A DNA stretch of 64,000 nt from Squalus acanthias (Eukaryota): positions 12,710,001 to 12,774,000 of the forward strand of contig CM059432.1 in the NCBI GenBank assembly GCA_030390025.1, read 5' to 3'. Position 1 is the first letter of the stretch, and each line of letters opens with the position of its first letter. Below are positions 35,217 through 46,892 of the stretch, piece by piece. The notes beneath the pieces are model-generated. The model saw only the letters and a program-made list of their open reading frames with translations. It was not told the DNA's origin and did no database searches. A program made the translations under genes and the position numbers.

Positions 35217-37151
35217 TTCTATCTGACAGCCAGTTCTCTATCCACGTCAATACTTTCCCCTTTATCCCATGAGCTTCAATTTTCCATGCTAAACTTTTAT
35301 GTGGGACCTTGTCGAAGGCCTTTTGGAAGTCCAGGTACACCACATCTACTGGCTCTCCCCCATCTATTTTACCAGTTACTCCCTCAAAAAATTCCAATAG
35401 ATTAGTCAAGCACGATTTACCCTTTGTAAATCCATGTTGACTCTGTCCTATCCTGTCCCCATTTGCTAAGTGCTCCGCTATTTCATCCTTAATGATGGAC
35501 TCCAGCATTTTGCCCACAACTGATGTAAGGCTTACAGGTCTGTAATTACCTGCTTTTTCCCTACCCCCCTTTTTGAATAGTGGGGTAACGTTAGCTACCC
35601 TCCAATCCATGGGCACTGTTCCCGAGTCTAATGAATTCTGAAAAATCATACTTAGTGCATCCGCTATCTCTAGGGCCACCTCCTTCAGTACCCTAGGATG
35701 CATGTTATCAGGCCCTGGGGATTTGTCCGCCTTCAATCCCTTTAGCTTCCTTAACACCATATCCTTAGAGATATTGATTTGCGTCAGTTCCTCCTTTGCC
35801 AATGTCCCTATTTTTCCCGATATCCCAGGGAGGTTTTTTGTGTCTTCCTTCGTAAAGACTGACCCAAAGTATGCATTTAGTTGGTCTGCCATTTCCTTAT
35901 TTCCCGTTATATATTCCCCCGTATCTGACTGCAATGGACCAACTTTGGTTTTCACCAGTCTTTTCCTCTTGATATACTTATAGAAGCTTTTGGAGTTCGT
36001 TTTTATATTTTCCGCCAGCTTGCTTTCGTAAGCTATTTTGCCCCTCTTGATTAAGCCCTTTGTCCTCCTTTGCTCTATCTTAAACTGTTCCCAATCTTCC
36101 GCTCTGGCGCTTTTTTTGGCTATTTTATACGCCCTATCTTTGGATTTTATGCTGTCTCTAATTTCCCCTGTTATCCACGGTTGAGTCACCTTTTTAGATT
36201 TCCTTTTATGCCAGATTGGTATAAACAATTTTTGCAATTTTGTCATTCTATCTTTAAATGCTTGCCATTGTTTATCTACCTCCAGTCCTCCCAGGAACGT
36301 TGTCCAATCAGACCTACTCAGTTCCCGTCTAATGGCATCATAATTCCCCTTGTTTAAATTCAGGACCTTAGTCTCTGAGTCAATTTCTTTGCTCTCCATT
36401 TCGAGTGAGAAATCGATCATGTTATGATCGCTCTGACCCAAGGGTCCCCGTACAACAAGATTACTAATTAGTCCCTTCTCATTGCACAGTACCCAGTCCA
36501 ATATAGCCTGTTCCCGAGTTGGTTCCTCGACATATTGATCCAGATAACCATCCCTTAAACACTCAAGGAATTCCTCCTCCTCATTATTTTTACTGATTAG
36601 GCTAGTCCAATCTATATGTAAGTTAAAGTCACCTATGATGACAGCTGTGCTCTTATTGCACGCTTCTCTAATTTCCCTCGTGATGCCCTCCCCAACCTCT
36701 ATTTTACTATTTGGAGGCCTATATACCACTCCTATTAATGTTTTTCGCCCCTCGCTATTTCTTAGCTCCACCCATATAGATTCTGTATTAACTGAGTTAA
36801 TATCCTTCCTTTCAATTGCATTTATCCCCTCTTTTACCAGCAATGCTACCCCTCCTCCCTTTCTTTTTTGTCGATCCTTCCTAAATACTGAATACCCCTG
36901 TATGTTAAGCTCCCAGCCCTGCTCACCCTGCAACCATGTTTCCGTAATCCCAATTAGATCATAATTATTAACCTCTATTTCCACAGCTAATTCATCTACC
37001 TTGTTCCTGATGCTTCTCGCATTAAGGTATAAAACCCTCAGGCTTTTTTTATGCTCACATTTTTTATGAATTAGTTTGGCCCTTTGTTTTTTGTTCCTCA
37101 CCCTTTTACCATTTATTTCTGTCTGCCTTTCACTTTCCTCTATTTCACTAC
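35217..37151 (-). CDS. CR1 ORF2 N-terminal half (APE endonuclease and start of RT)
   Basis: YLNARS, ITETWL, YRPP, GDFN, SDHN, KSPGPD, YLDFQKAFDKVPH; no stops. Confidence 0.9.
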
Positions 37152-37643
37152 ATGGAATACTCTCCGCTTGCCTGGATGAGTGCAGCTCCAACAACACTCA
37201 AGAAGCTTCACACCATCCAGGACAAAGCAGCCCGTTTGATTGGCACCCCATCCACCACCTTAAATATTCACTCCCTCCACCACCGGCGTACCGTGGCTGC
37301 AGTGTGTACCATCTATAAGATGCACTGCAGCAATTCGCCAAGGCTTCTTTGGCAGCACCTCCCAAACCCATGACCTCTTCCACCAAGAAAGACAAGGGCA
37401 CCTCCAAGTTTCCCTCCAAGTCACACACCATCCTGACTTAGAAGCATATTGCCGATCCTTCATCGTCGCTGAGTCAAAATCCAGAAACTCCCTCCCTAAC
37501 AGCACTGTGGGAGTACCTTCAACGCACGGACTGCAGTGGCTCAAGAAGGCGGCTCACCACCACCTTCTCAAGGGCAATTGGGATTGGTCAAGAAATGCTG
37601 GCCTTCCCTGCAACGCCCACATCCCAGGAACGAATAAAAAAAA
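37152..37643 (+). mobile_element. Family-B LINE 3' fragment (its 5' stub is at ~33040-33066)
   Basis: MEYSPLAWMSAAPTTLKKL; CACAAGTAAGGAGTGTGAT left of the CR1 continues as ATGGAATACTCTCC. Confidence 0.9.
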
Positions 37644-37867
37644 ACGTCTCACTACTTAAATTATTTATTTATTCCCCATGTCATAAATTTTTCCCTTCGC
37701 CCCACTTCTTCTACCTCTGGCCCCACTGTTTAAAATTTTAGCCCTGTTGCCTCCCATCCTGCTACTTTAATTATTAATCTTTATCAAACAACATATCCAT
37801 CGATTTATTGTGAGAAATGCCACAGGAGATCTACTAGCAAATTAAATCATTTAGTACTGTGTTTGAA

Positions 37868-38962
37868 TTACATAGGATTACATAAGATATACGGCACAGA
37901 AACAGGCCATTCGGCCCAACCAGTCCATGCTCCACTCGAGCCTCCTCCCGTCTTTCCTTATCTCACTCTGTCAGCATAATCCTCTATTCCCTTCATAGAA
38001 TCATAGAATGGTTACAGCACAGATGGAGACCATTCGGGCCGTCGAGCCCGAGGTTTATCTAGCCTCCCCTAGGAGGTACCACTCCCTGCGGTAGCGAGTT
38101 CCACATTCTCACCACTCTTTGGGTAAAGAAGTTTCTTCTGAATTCCCTATTGGATTTCTTGGTGACTATCTTGCATTGATGGCCTCTAGTTATGCTCTTC
38201 CCCACAAGTGAAACACTCTGTATCTACTCCATCAAAACCTTTCATAATTTTAAAGACCTCTATTAGGTCACCTTTTTTTCAAGCGAAAAGAGACCCAGCC
38301 TGTTCATCCTTTCCTGATATGTATACCCTCACATTTCTGGTATCATCCTTATAAATCTTCTCTGCACACTCTCCAGATCCTCTATATCCTTTTTATAATA
38401 TGTTATGGCAAATCTGAACTATACTATAAGAACATTAAAATGTTTGGAGTGGGGAACGGTCGCTTACATTTAGACCGTGTAAGATTAGTCTATAAGATTT
38501 TCAGATTGGCAAAATTTTCATATAAAAACTTAATACGTAGCTATCACTAGGAACATAGGAACAGGAGTAGGCCATTCAGCCCCTCGAGCCATGGCTGATC
38601 TGCGAGCTAACTCCATATACCCGCCTTTGGCCCATTGGTTAACACAAAGCTATCAATTAACATTTGATCTAGCATCAATTGCCGTTTGCGGAAGGGAGTT
38701 CCAAACTTCTACCACCCTTTGTGTGTAGAAGTGTTTCCTAATTTCACTCCTGAAAAGTCTGGTTTTAATTTTTAGACTATGCCCCCTAGTCCTAGACTCC
38801 CCAACCAGCGGAAATAGTTTCTCTCTATCTACCCTATCTGTTCCCTTAATACCTTGAAAACTTTGATCAGATCACCCCTTAACCTTCTAAATTCTAGGGA
38901 ATACAACCCTAATTTGTGTAATCTCTCCTCGTAACTTAACCCTTGAAGTCCAGGTATCATTT
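37868..38962 (-). mobile_element. Two old CR1 3' fragments (37868-38400, 38548-38962)
   Basis: Reverse-complement CR1 3'UTR and RT C-terminus. Confidence 0.85.
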
Positions 38963-39212
38963 CTTTGGACTATTTTTAGCCAGGCATTAACGTAATTATT
39001 TCAAATAGGTTAATATCTGGCTAAAAATAGTGAGAACTTTGTCGATCGAAAAATATTCTCTGTGGACTACTGTAGGCCTTTTGATTGCATACTTTAAGGA
39101 ACACTCAGTTTCTTTACCTACCTTCCCCTAAAGAAACATCTCTGTAAGCTTCAATATATAAGTATTTATGGATTTCATGTAATAAAAGTTTTTAAAATGG
39201 TTCAGAAAGTTT

Positions 39213-40671
39213 GACCTTGATTTTTACAGGGGTGGCGGGAATGGTGTGCTCGAGCCCGTTAGCGGATGGTGCACCCAAGAGATTGAGGACTTGGAGGCTG
39301 CTGGGCCTCAATTAAATAAAAGAACCCGGACTCCCGCTCGACACCCTGCCAGATTCACTGCTTGGCCGGAGGGCGGGAGCGGGAATTTGGCCGCAGTCAG
39401 TGGGAGGAGGGGATTTGCTTTGCCATCGGGTGCATTCCGGAGCTGGGGAGGCCCAAGGACTCCTTTCAAGGTCAGGGAGGGGGGGAGTACTCCTGCTCCA
39501 CCTGGCCCAAAAGGAGTTCAAACAGAAGGAAATTTCTAAGACTTGCCTTCACCTCTTCTGGCCAGTCAGCGCCACCCATCCATGTCTCTGCTGCCGGGCA
39601 GCTGACAGCGCGGGACTGGCTCAGGCTTGACGATAATATTGGCCCGAAAATTAGACCTAATACGGGAGATTACGCACTGTGTACTCTTGCATATTAGGTC
39701 CCGAAGTGCCGGTTTCCTGCATGCACTGCGCATGCGCGGGAAACCGGCACTTCAGGAATTGCGAAGGGGGCGGTTCCTAAGTGAACCGCGTGCGCACTAC
39801 AGGTTGTGCGCACGCAGCACACTTAGTTTTTTTTTCAGGTTTGAACGCGCAGGTAAGTATTGAAGATTTTACACATAAAGAAAGCAGGCGTAAGACCCCC
39901 TTTTAACAAGGTAAGTAGTTAATTAAGTATTATTTTTAAAAAATTTTCAACAGTTTTATCTTTTTTAGAGACTTTAAAGAAAGGTAAGTTTATTTTTATA
40001 ACTTTTAAAAAGAATTTAAATTTTTTCAAAAATTTAAATTTTTGTTTAAAGTGGTTAATTTATTTAACTATAGTTATTTTATTAATCTGATGGCTTTTTT
40101 TTAAATTTAATTGAGGTTTAGCTGTTCTTTTGGGGGCTTGTTGTATTCATAGTTTTGACAGCTCTTCCTGTCAAAACTATGAATGAAAGATGGTGTGCTG
40201 CCATTGGCTCTAACTGGCCCACGTGATCCCAGAGGTCGCATCGCACTAACTGCGCCTCTGGGACACGCACACACTGCGTGCCGGCACCAGGGAGAGACCC
40301 AGGAACTGAAGTTCGTGTGGGCCAAAACCATAAAGGCAGGCGCGGAGTGCGATATCGCGGGGGATCCTTACCCCCGCGGCAACCATCGAAGTCCAATTTC
40401 TGGGCCAAAATGTCGCGGCGCCAGTGACGTCATCGGGCCGCGACTCTTGCATGTTAAGTAGGCCCCCACCTGCTTTTAGCGGGAGCCTAAGTAGGCCCTC
40501 GACTGTTTTTAGTGGGAGGCTGGTTGATTGCCTGAATCGCAGCTGTTAATATTATGGGTTGGAGAGGAGATTTCCATTTTCAATATTTTAATCCCTTGCC
40601 TGACCCTTCGTGATCGTTGTGGGGACGAATGGAGAGTGGGGGGGGGGGGGGGGGGGTGGTAAATCAAGGCC
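39213..40671. mobile_element. Harbinger-type non-autonomous element, possibly with a nested MITE (39641-40406)
   Basis: GACCTTGATTT/AAATCAAGGCC TIR with TTT on both flanks; inner GGCCCGAAAATT/AATTTCTGGGCC pair. Confidence 0.7.
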
Positions 40672-41144
40672 TTTATTTCAGGCATAACATCAAAAAGTAA
40701 TAAGTGCAATATGAAAAGATCAGAATATTATAACTAAATGAAGACTTAATTCCATAATACTCCAAAAACAATCATTTATTCCAGCTTCACAATCACTGTG
40801 AAATGCAATGATTAAATGTAAATGAACTTTTATGATCAATTCAGTTGAATTTTGTCTTTAAAGAAATTGTAATTTTTCTTAAGGACAAATGTTGCTTAAC
40901 CACATATGATATTTTTAGCTGAACTCTTGAGTGAACCACTGCCGTATGGCACCTTGCCTTTAAACAGGAGATCAAACTGTCATGGACATGATGGGCCAAC
41001 TGGCCTCCTTCTGCGCTGGATTGCCTACAATTCTCGAAAAGTTAACAAACCAATTCTATAATCAAGGTTACAATCTTGGCTTCTTTGCTAAAGAAGGCTA
41101 CATGGAATTGAGTACCCATAAGAGGCAAAAATAAGTTGAGAAGG

Positions 41145-41998
41145 CTTTTTTTTATTCATTCACGGGATGCGGGCGTCGCTGGCGTGGTCAGCATTTATTG
41201 CCCGTCCCTAATTGCCCTTGAGAAGGTGGTGGTGAGCCGCCTTCTTGAACCGCTGCAGTCCGTGTGGTGATGGTACTCCCACAGTGCTGTTCGGGAGGGA
41301 GTTCCGGGATTTTGACCCAGCGACGATGAAGGATCGGCGATATATTTCTAAGTCAGGATGGTGTGTGACTTGGAGGGGAACTTGGTGGTGGTGTTCCCAT
41401 GCGCCTGCTGCCCTTGTCCTTCTAGGTGGTAGAGATCATGGGTTTGGGAGGTGCTGTCGAAGAAGCCTTGGCGAGTTGCTGCAGTGCATTTTGTAGATGG
41501 TACACACTGCAGCCACGGTGCGTCGGTGGTGGAGGGAGTGAATGTTTAAGCTGGTGGATAGGGTGCCAATCAAGTGGGCTGCTTATACCTGGATGGTATC
41601 GAGCTTCTTGAGTGCTTTTGGAGCTGCACTCATCCAGGCAAATGGAAAGTATTCCAACACACTCCTGACTTGTGCCTTGTAGATGGTGGAAAGGCTTTGG
41701 GGAGTCAGAAGGTGAGACACTCACTGCAGAATACCCAGCCTCAGACCTGCTCTTGTAGCCACAGTATTTATGTGGCTGGTCCACTTAAGTTTCTGGTCAA
41801 TGGTGACCCCCAGGATGTTGATGGTGGGGGATTCGATGATGGTAATACCGTTGAATGTTTAGGGGCGGTGGTTAGACTCTCGCTTGTTGGAGATAGTCAT
41901 TGCCTGGCACTTGTGTGACGTGAATGTTACTTGCCAATTATTAGCCCAAGCCTGAATTTCGTCCAGGTCTTGCTGCATGCGGGCACAGACTGCTTCAC
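41145..41998 (-). mobile_element. Family-B LINE 3' fragment
   Basis: T-run plus 3'UTR and RT C-terminus closely matching the other copies. Confidence 0.9.
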
Positions 41999-43587
41999 TG
42001 GCTAATGGAACTAAACAAAATACATATTTCAGTCATAATAGTAGTGTATTGACTCCAATGTCATTCCATCAGCCATTTTCTGTTAAATATGCAATATCTA
42101 AAATATCTTGAAAGCGTTGAGCTTTCTTGAGTAGCAATGCCAATCACCTGCTCTACCCGCATGCTGTTGGGTGTGTATAGAAAGCAAGACTATTGCATTA
42201 ACATTCTGATGTAGCATCATCATGTCGCATGTTTTTAATAGTCCCTTGTCTGTGACAAAAGGTCTGAAAAATAACAATCTACACCAAACTGCATTTAAAT
42301 GCAATCAGTATTTTGTCATTACAATATATTGTTTACTATGACATATTTTCTTAATTGGAAGCTAGAAAATTGGAAACATTAAGACACCTGCTTTCGAATT
42401 TGGTTCTGATTGATAGATACAATCTTTGTAACCAACGATATAAGGTTGTAGGTTAATTCCAGCCTGTCTTGAGTTAGCTGATCTAGCCAGGCAGTGGTAC
42501 GAGATCTAGAAATGCCCTCAGTCCTCTTAGGTGAGCAATGGAGAAAATCACCCAAGGTTCTTGTTCCTGATCGCTTTCCCACTACTTTGGGAATGTATGT
42601 GTGTGAATGTCAAGTGAGGAGAGATTCAGGTTTGGTTGTGAAACCCTGAAGAACAGGCAGGAAGGAAATATGATGTGCGTACTATTGGCCTTTTAAAAAA
42701 TAATTGTCACAGTACATGGATATATACAGTTACAATTATTTATAAGCAGCCCAATAACTGTCTTTAGAAGAGGCAGTGGGGCTCATTTTGGTTTGCCGCA
42801 TATATCGGATGGGCTCTCGGATGTCCTTGACATCCGATGATGTTGGCAGGAGGCCCGAATCGTTTTAATGTCAAGGGCGAGCTGTCAGTGTGGTTTGCTC
42901 AATCTACTGGCACCTTGGCCATTGAGAACGTGGGAAATCAAGTGGGGCTCCTGCGATTTAACAGCTGCTGCCAACTCGTAAAGGTGCACTTTTACACGGC
43001 TCAACACTGGAGAAGAAGGGGATGACTGCAGCCAGGGGCCGCCAGAGTTAGGGATGGTGCCGTGAAGGTTCTGGTCGAGCAAGTTGCCAGTAAGAGGGCC
43101 GTCCTTTTCCTGCCGGGTGCCCGGGCAAATTACGCAGCAGCGGTGAAGAGAGGTGGCCTCTCATGTGAATGTGACCAGAACATGCTGCAAGAAATTCAAT
43201 GACCTGACCAGAGCTGCTACAGTAAGACTTCTATTCACATCTCCTTTACTCTCTGCACATCCTACATCAGCCTCAGCACTAGTAAGCCTTCCCTCCTCCG
43301 CTTCCCATATAAGAGCAGAAGCATACTTCCCTGCTCTTCCTTCTGCCGCCACCTGCACACTCAGCACCTGCCACTGCCCTCACATGCATTTCCCCGGTTT
43401 CCCCAAACCTGATGCTTCTTCCTCTAAATAAGCACACTAACCACAGCTGCCTCACACATCTTCCCAAGCCGGCACACAACAGGCTGCAGATGGCAAGACC
43501 TGGAGAAGGCCCGTCATATATGCAAGCGCTCACGCCAATGAAGGAGGTTACTATCAATATCATCAGCAGGGAGAGATCTCAGTAATA

Positions 43588-44805
43588 ACAACAGAAAGTG
43601 CTGGAAACACACAGCGGGTCAGGCAGCATCGAGGAGAGAGAAACAGAGTCAACGTTTCGGGATGAGCTCTTCGTCAGAACTGGAAAAGGTTAGGGAAGAG
43701 AGATTTTTAAGCAGGGGCACAGGAGGAGGGGAACCTCTCTCTCCTCGATGCTGCCTGACCTTTTTTTATTTGCATATGGGATCTGGGCGTCGCTGGCAAG
43801 GCCAGCATTTATTGCCCATCCCTAATTGCCCTTGAGAAGGTGGTGGTGAGCCACTTTCTTGAACCGCTGCAGTCCGTGTGGTGATGGTACTCCCACAGTG
43901 TTGTTAGGTAAGGAGTTCCAGGATTTTGACCCAGCGACGATGAAGGATCAGCGATATACTTCTAAGTCAGTATGGTGTGTGACTTGGAGGGGAACTTGGA
44001 GGTGCTGGTGTTCCCATGCGCTTGCTGCCCTTGTCCTTCTAGGTGGAAGAGGTCGCGGGTTTGGGAGGTGCTGCCGAAGAGGCCTTGGTGAGTTGCTGCA
44101 GTGCATCTTGTAGATGGTACGCACTGCAGTCACGGTGCGCCGGTGGTGGAGGGAGTGAATGTTTGAGGTGGTGGATGGGGTGCCAATCAAACAGGCTGCT
44201 TTGTCCTGGATGATATCGAGCTTCTTGAGTGTTGTTGGAGCTGCACTCATCCAGGCAAGTGGAGAGTATTCCATCACACTCCTTACTTCTGCCTTGTAGA
44301 TGGTGGAAAGGCTTTGGGGAGTCAGGAAGTGAGACTCTCGCCGCAGAATACCCAGCCTCTGACCTGCTCTTGTAGCCACAGTATTTATGTAGCAGTTCCA
44401 GTTAAGTTTCTGGTCAATGGTGACTCCCAGGATGTTGATGATGGGGGATTCGGCGATGATAATGCCGTTGAATGTCAAGGGGAGGTGGTTAGACTCTCGC
44501 TTGTTGGAGATAGTCATTGCCTGGCACTTCTGTGGCGCGAATGTTACCTGCCACTTATCAGCCAAGCCTGAACACTGTCCAGGTCTTGTTGCATGCGGGC
44601 ATGGACTGCTTCATTATCTGAGGAGTTTGAATGGCGCTGAACACTGGGCAGTCATCAGTGAACATCCCCATTTCTGACCTTATGTTGAAGGGAAGGTCAT
44701 TGATGAAGCAGCTGAAGATGGTCGGGCCTAGGACACTGCCCTGAGTGTTTCCAGCACTTTCTTTTGTTATTTCAGATTTCCAGCATCCGCAGTATTTTGC
44801 TATTG
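43588..44805. mobile_element. Penelope-like inverted pseudo-LTR remnant (43588-43760, 44742-44805) split by a LINE
   Basis: GGTCAGGCAGCATCGAGGAGAGAG vs CTCTCTCCTCGATGCTGCCTGACC inverted; degenerate hammerhead at ~43647-43681 (-). Confidence 0.65.
43761..44741 (-). mobile_element. Family-B LINE 3' fragment
   Basis: QGSVLGPTIFSCFINDLP through to poly(A). Confidence 0.9.
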
Positions 44806-46448
44806 AGGAGATTTCAGTGTTGTGGAAGGATGTATGCAGCAAGGTGTCTGGGTATCTCCCTTTCCTTCTCTCCTTCTACTGAACTCTCTTCCTCACACAC
44901 TCCACATAACATCCTGGTGGTGATTAGCGCTTCCATCCATCTGTTGCTGCTTAATCTTATCTGCTAACCCATGTCCTTCTTTGCTCTTTCCAGGTCCATC
45001 AGATGTCCCAGACCACGCTTCAGCCTGACAAGACGCAACTGCACTCGTTCTGACCCTTACAAGCACCAGCTCAGAAATTGGCTCCCTGCAAACTCTAGAT
45101 TGGGAGTTAGAGTGATCTACCACACAGAAGTGAGCAACAGCTGGTGTGGGTGTAGAAGGACGGCCCAGGAAGCAGATTCCCAGAAGGCAAGCTTGCGCCC
45201 CATCTCTACTGCAGAGGAGGAAGATGAAGACCTCAGCAGCCCAGCCTATAAAAGAAGGATGCTTGCTGTATTGGAATGTCAGGCATAGGGCTTGTGCAGC
45301 ATGTTGCCCAGTGTGGAGGAGCCCACATCCAATTTCTGCAGGGTTCTATCGTGTGGTGTTGACACCCTGAGACATCCATGGATTGTGTGGTTAGCTGAAA
45401 GGATGCTCCAGCTGGCCTCTTCATGCAGGCGTCTCTGGCACAAGCCGTAGCATCTCTGAAGGATGCCCATACTGGTACCGCGCAGTCTCTGGTTTCCAGC
45501 ATCGCCACTGCCTTGGTCAGCCTGGGGAGTCCATGTGGATTGGGGCGTCCAGGCGCCTCATGGACCTTCTGCAATCTGCTCTTCCGCAGATCAGTGGGAG
45601 TGATATGCTGCTGCCCCATGGGAGTGGCAGTAGTGCTATAGGCTTTCATTCAAGGTGACAACCCACACGCTCCCTCACCACCCCCTCAATCAACGCCCGT
45701 TTTAGTGCCAGGAAGCCAGCTGTGCCTGACTGCTGTGGCAACCGGCGAGATGCTACGGTCTGCAGCTGGGCCCTCTTGAGCACGACCTCCTAGAGGTCAC
45801 CCACAATGGCCATCTCCAGCCATCTGAGCCACAGTAGAATTCAACCTTCCATGCTCCAGCCACTGGAGAAGCACCACGTAGCTGCATCAGATGGGCCAAG
45901 AGGGCATATAAGACAGGCAACAGGGAATTTCACCAGGATGATTATTAGTTTCGGAATGTGCTGATCATTTTTGAAAATATAAGGACTAGAGAAATCTGGG
46001 ATCTGTGTTGAATGTCGAGTCTCAGGCCAATGTCTTCGGTCACGCAGTCCAAGTGCGACGCCCATTTTGCGCTGGAAACTGACGCAAGTTGAATTTCTTT
46101 CCCCATTGTGTTCATTCTCAAAAGAGAATTAGGCCTTAGTTGGTGGACATATGTGGTAGCTTAGAGATTATAGCTACTGCGGATTTGAGCATGCAGTTCA
46201 ACAATAAAACTACTCTGCCCTAAACATTTGCGGTCGAAAACTGTGATCCAGAGAAGCTCATTAGCAGAATTTTACTCCAGTGAGCTCCAGACATGGGTTG
46301 AGATAGAGAAATTTCTTATTTATACTTGAGATAGCACAGTAACTACTTTCCCTCAACCATCAATGGCATTTATCAGGCCTTGAGGAACTATTGGCCTAAT
46401 GTTGCCTAACTATTCAAACTCAACAAGGTGCCATTGGACAGGGATGCT

Positions 46449-46892
46449 ATAAGAACATAAGAAATAGGAGCAGGAGTAGGCCATATGGCCCCTCGAGCCT
46501 GCTCCGCCATTCAATAAGATCATGGCTGATCATCGACCTCAACTCCACTTTCCCGCCCGATCTCCATATCCCTTGATTCCCCTAGAGTCCAAAAATCTAT
46601 CTGTCTCAGCCTTGAATATACTCAAAGACTCAGCATCCACAGCCTTCTGGGGCAGAGAATTCCAAAGATTCACAACCCTCTGAGTGAAGAAATTCCTCCT
46701 CATCTCAGTCTTAAATGGCCGACCCCTTATCCTGAGACTATGCCCCCTAGTTCTAGACACTCCAGCCAGGGGAAACAACCTCTCAGCATCTACCCTGTCA
46801 ATTCCCCCTCAGAATCTTGTATGTTTCAATGAGATCACCTCTCATTCTTCTAAACTCCAGAAAGTATAAGCCCATTCTACACAATCTCTCAT
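46449..46892 (-). mobile_element. CR1 3' fragment
   Basis: FPLAGVSRTRGH...NFFTQRVVNLWNSLP; (TTCTTATG) tail. Confidence 0.95.

Larger units (their letters stand above)
33067..37151 (-). mobile_element. Young CR1 LINE with complete ORF2, interrupted by a Penelope-like element
   Basis: Two stop-free ORFs (35188-37197, 33167-34237) join as WIENWLSDRKQRVGING; (ATCTATGT)n tail; inserted in a family-B LINE. Confidence 0.95.
42778..46104 (+). mobile_element. Decayed Harbinger element retaining the Myb/SANT-like gene
   Basis: VLVEQVASKRAVLF...CCKKFNDLTRAAT|GTAAG; second exon-like ALTPMKE; 3' segment resembles 7200-7380; no transposase seen. Confidence 0.65.
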
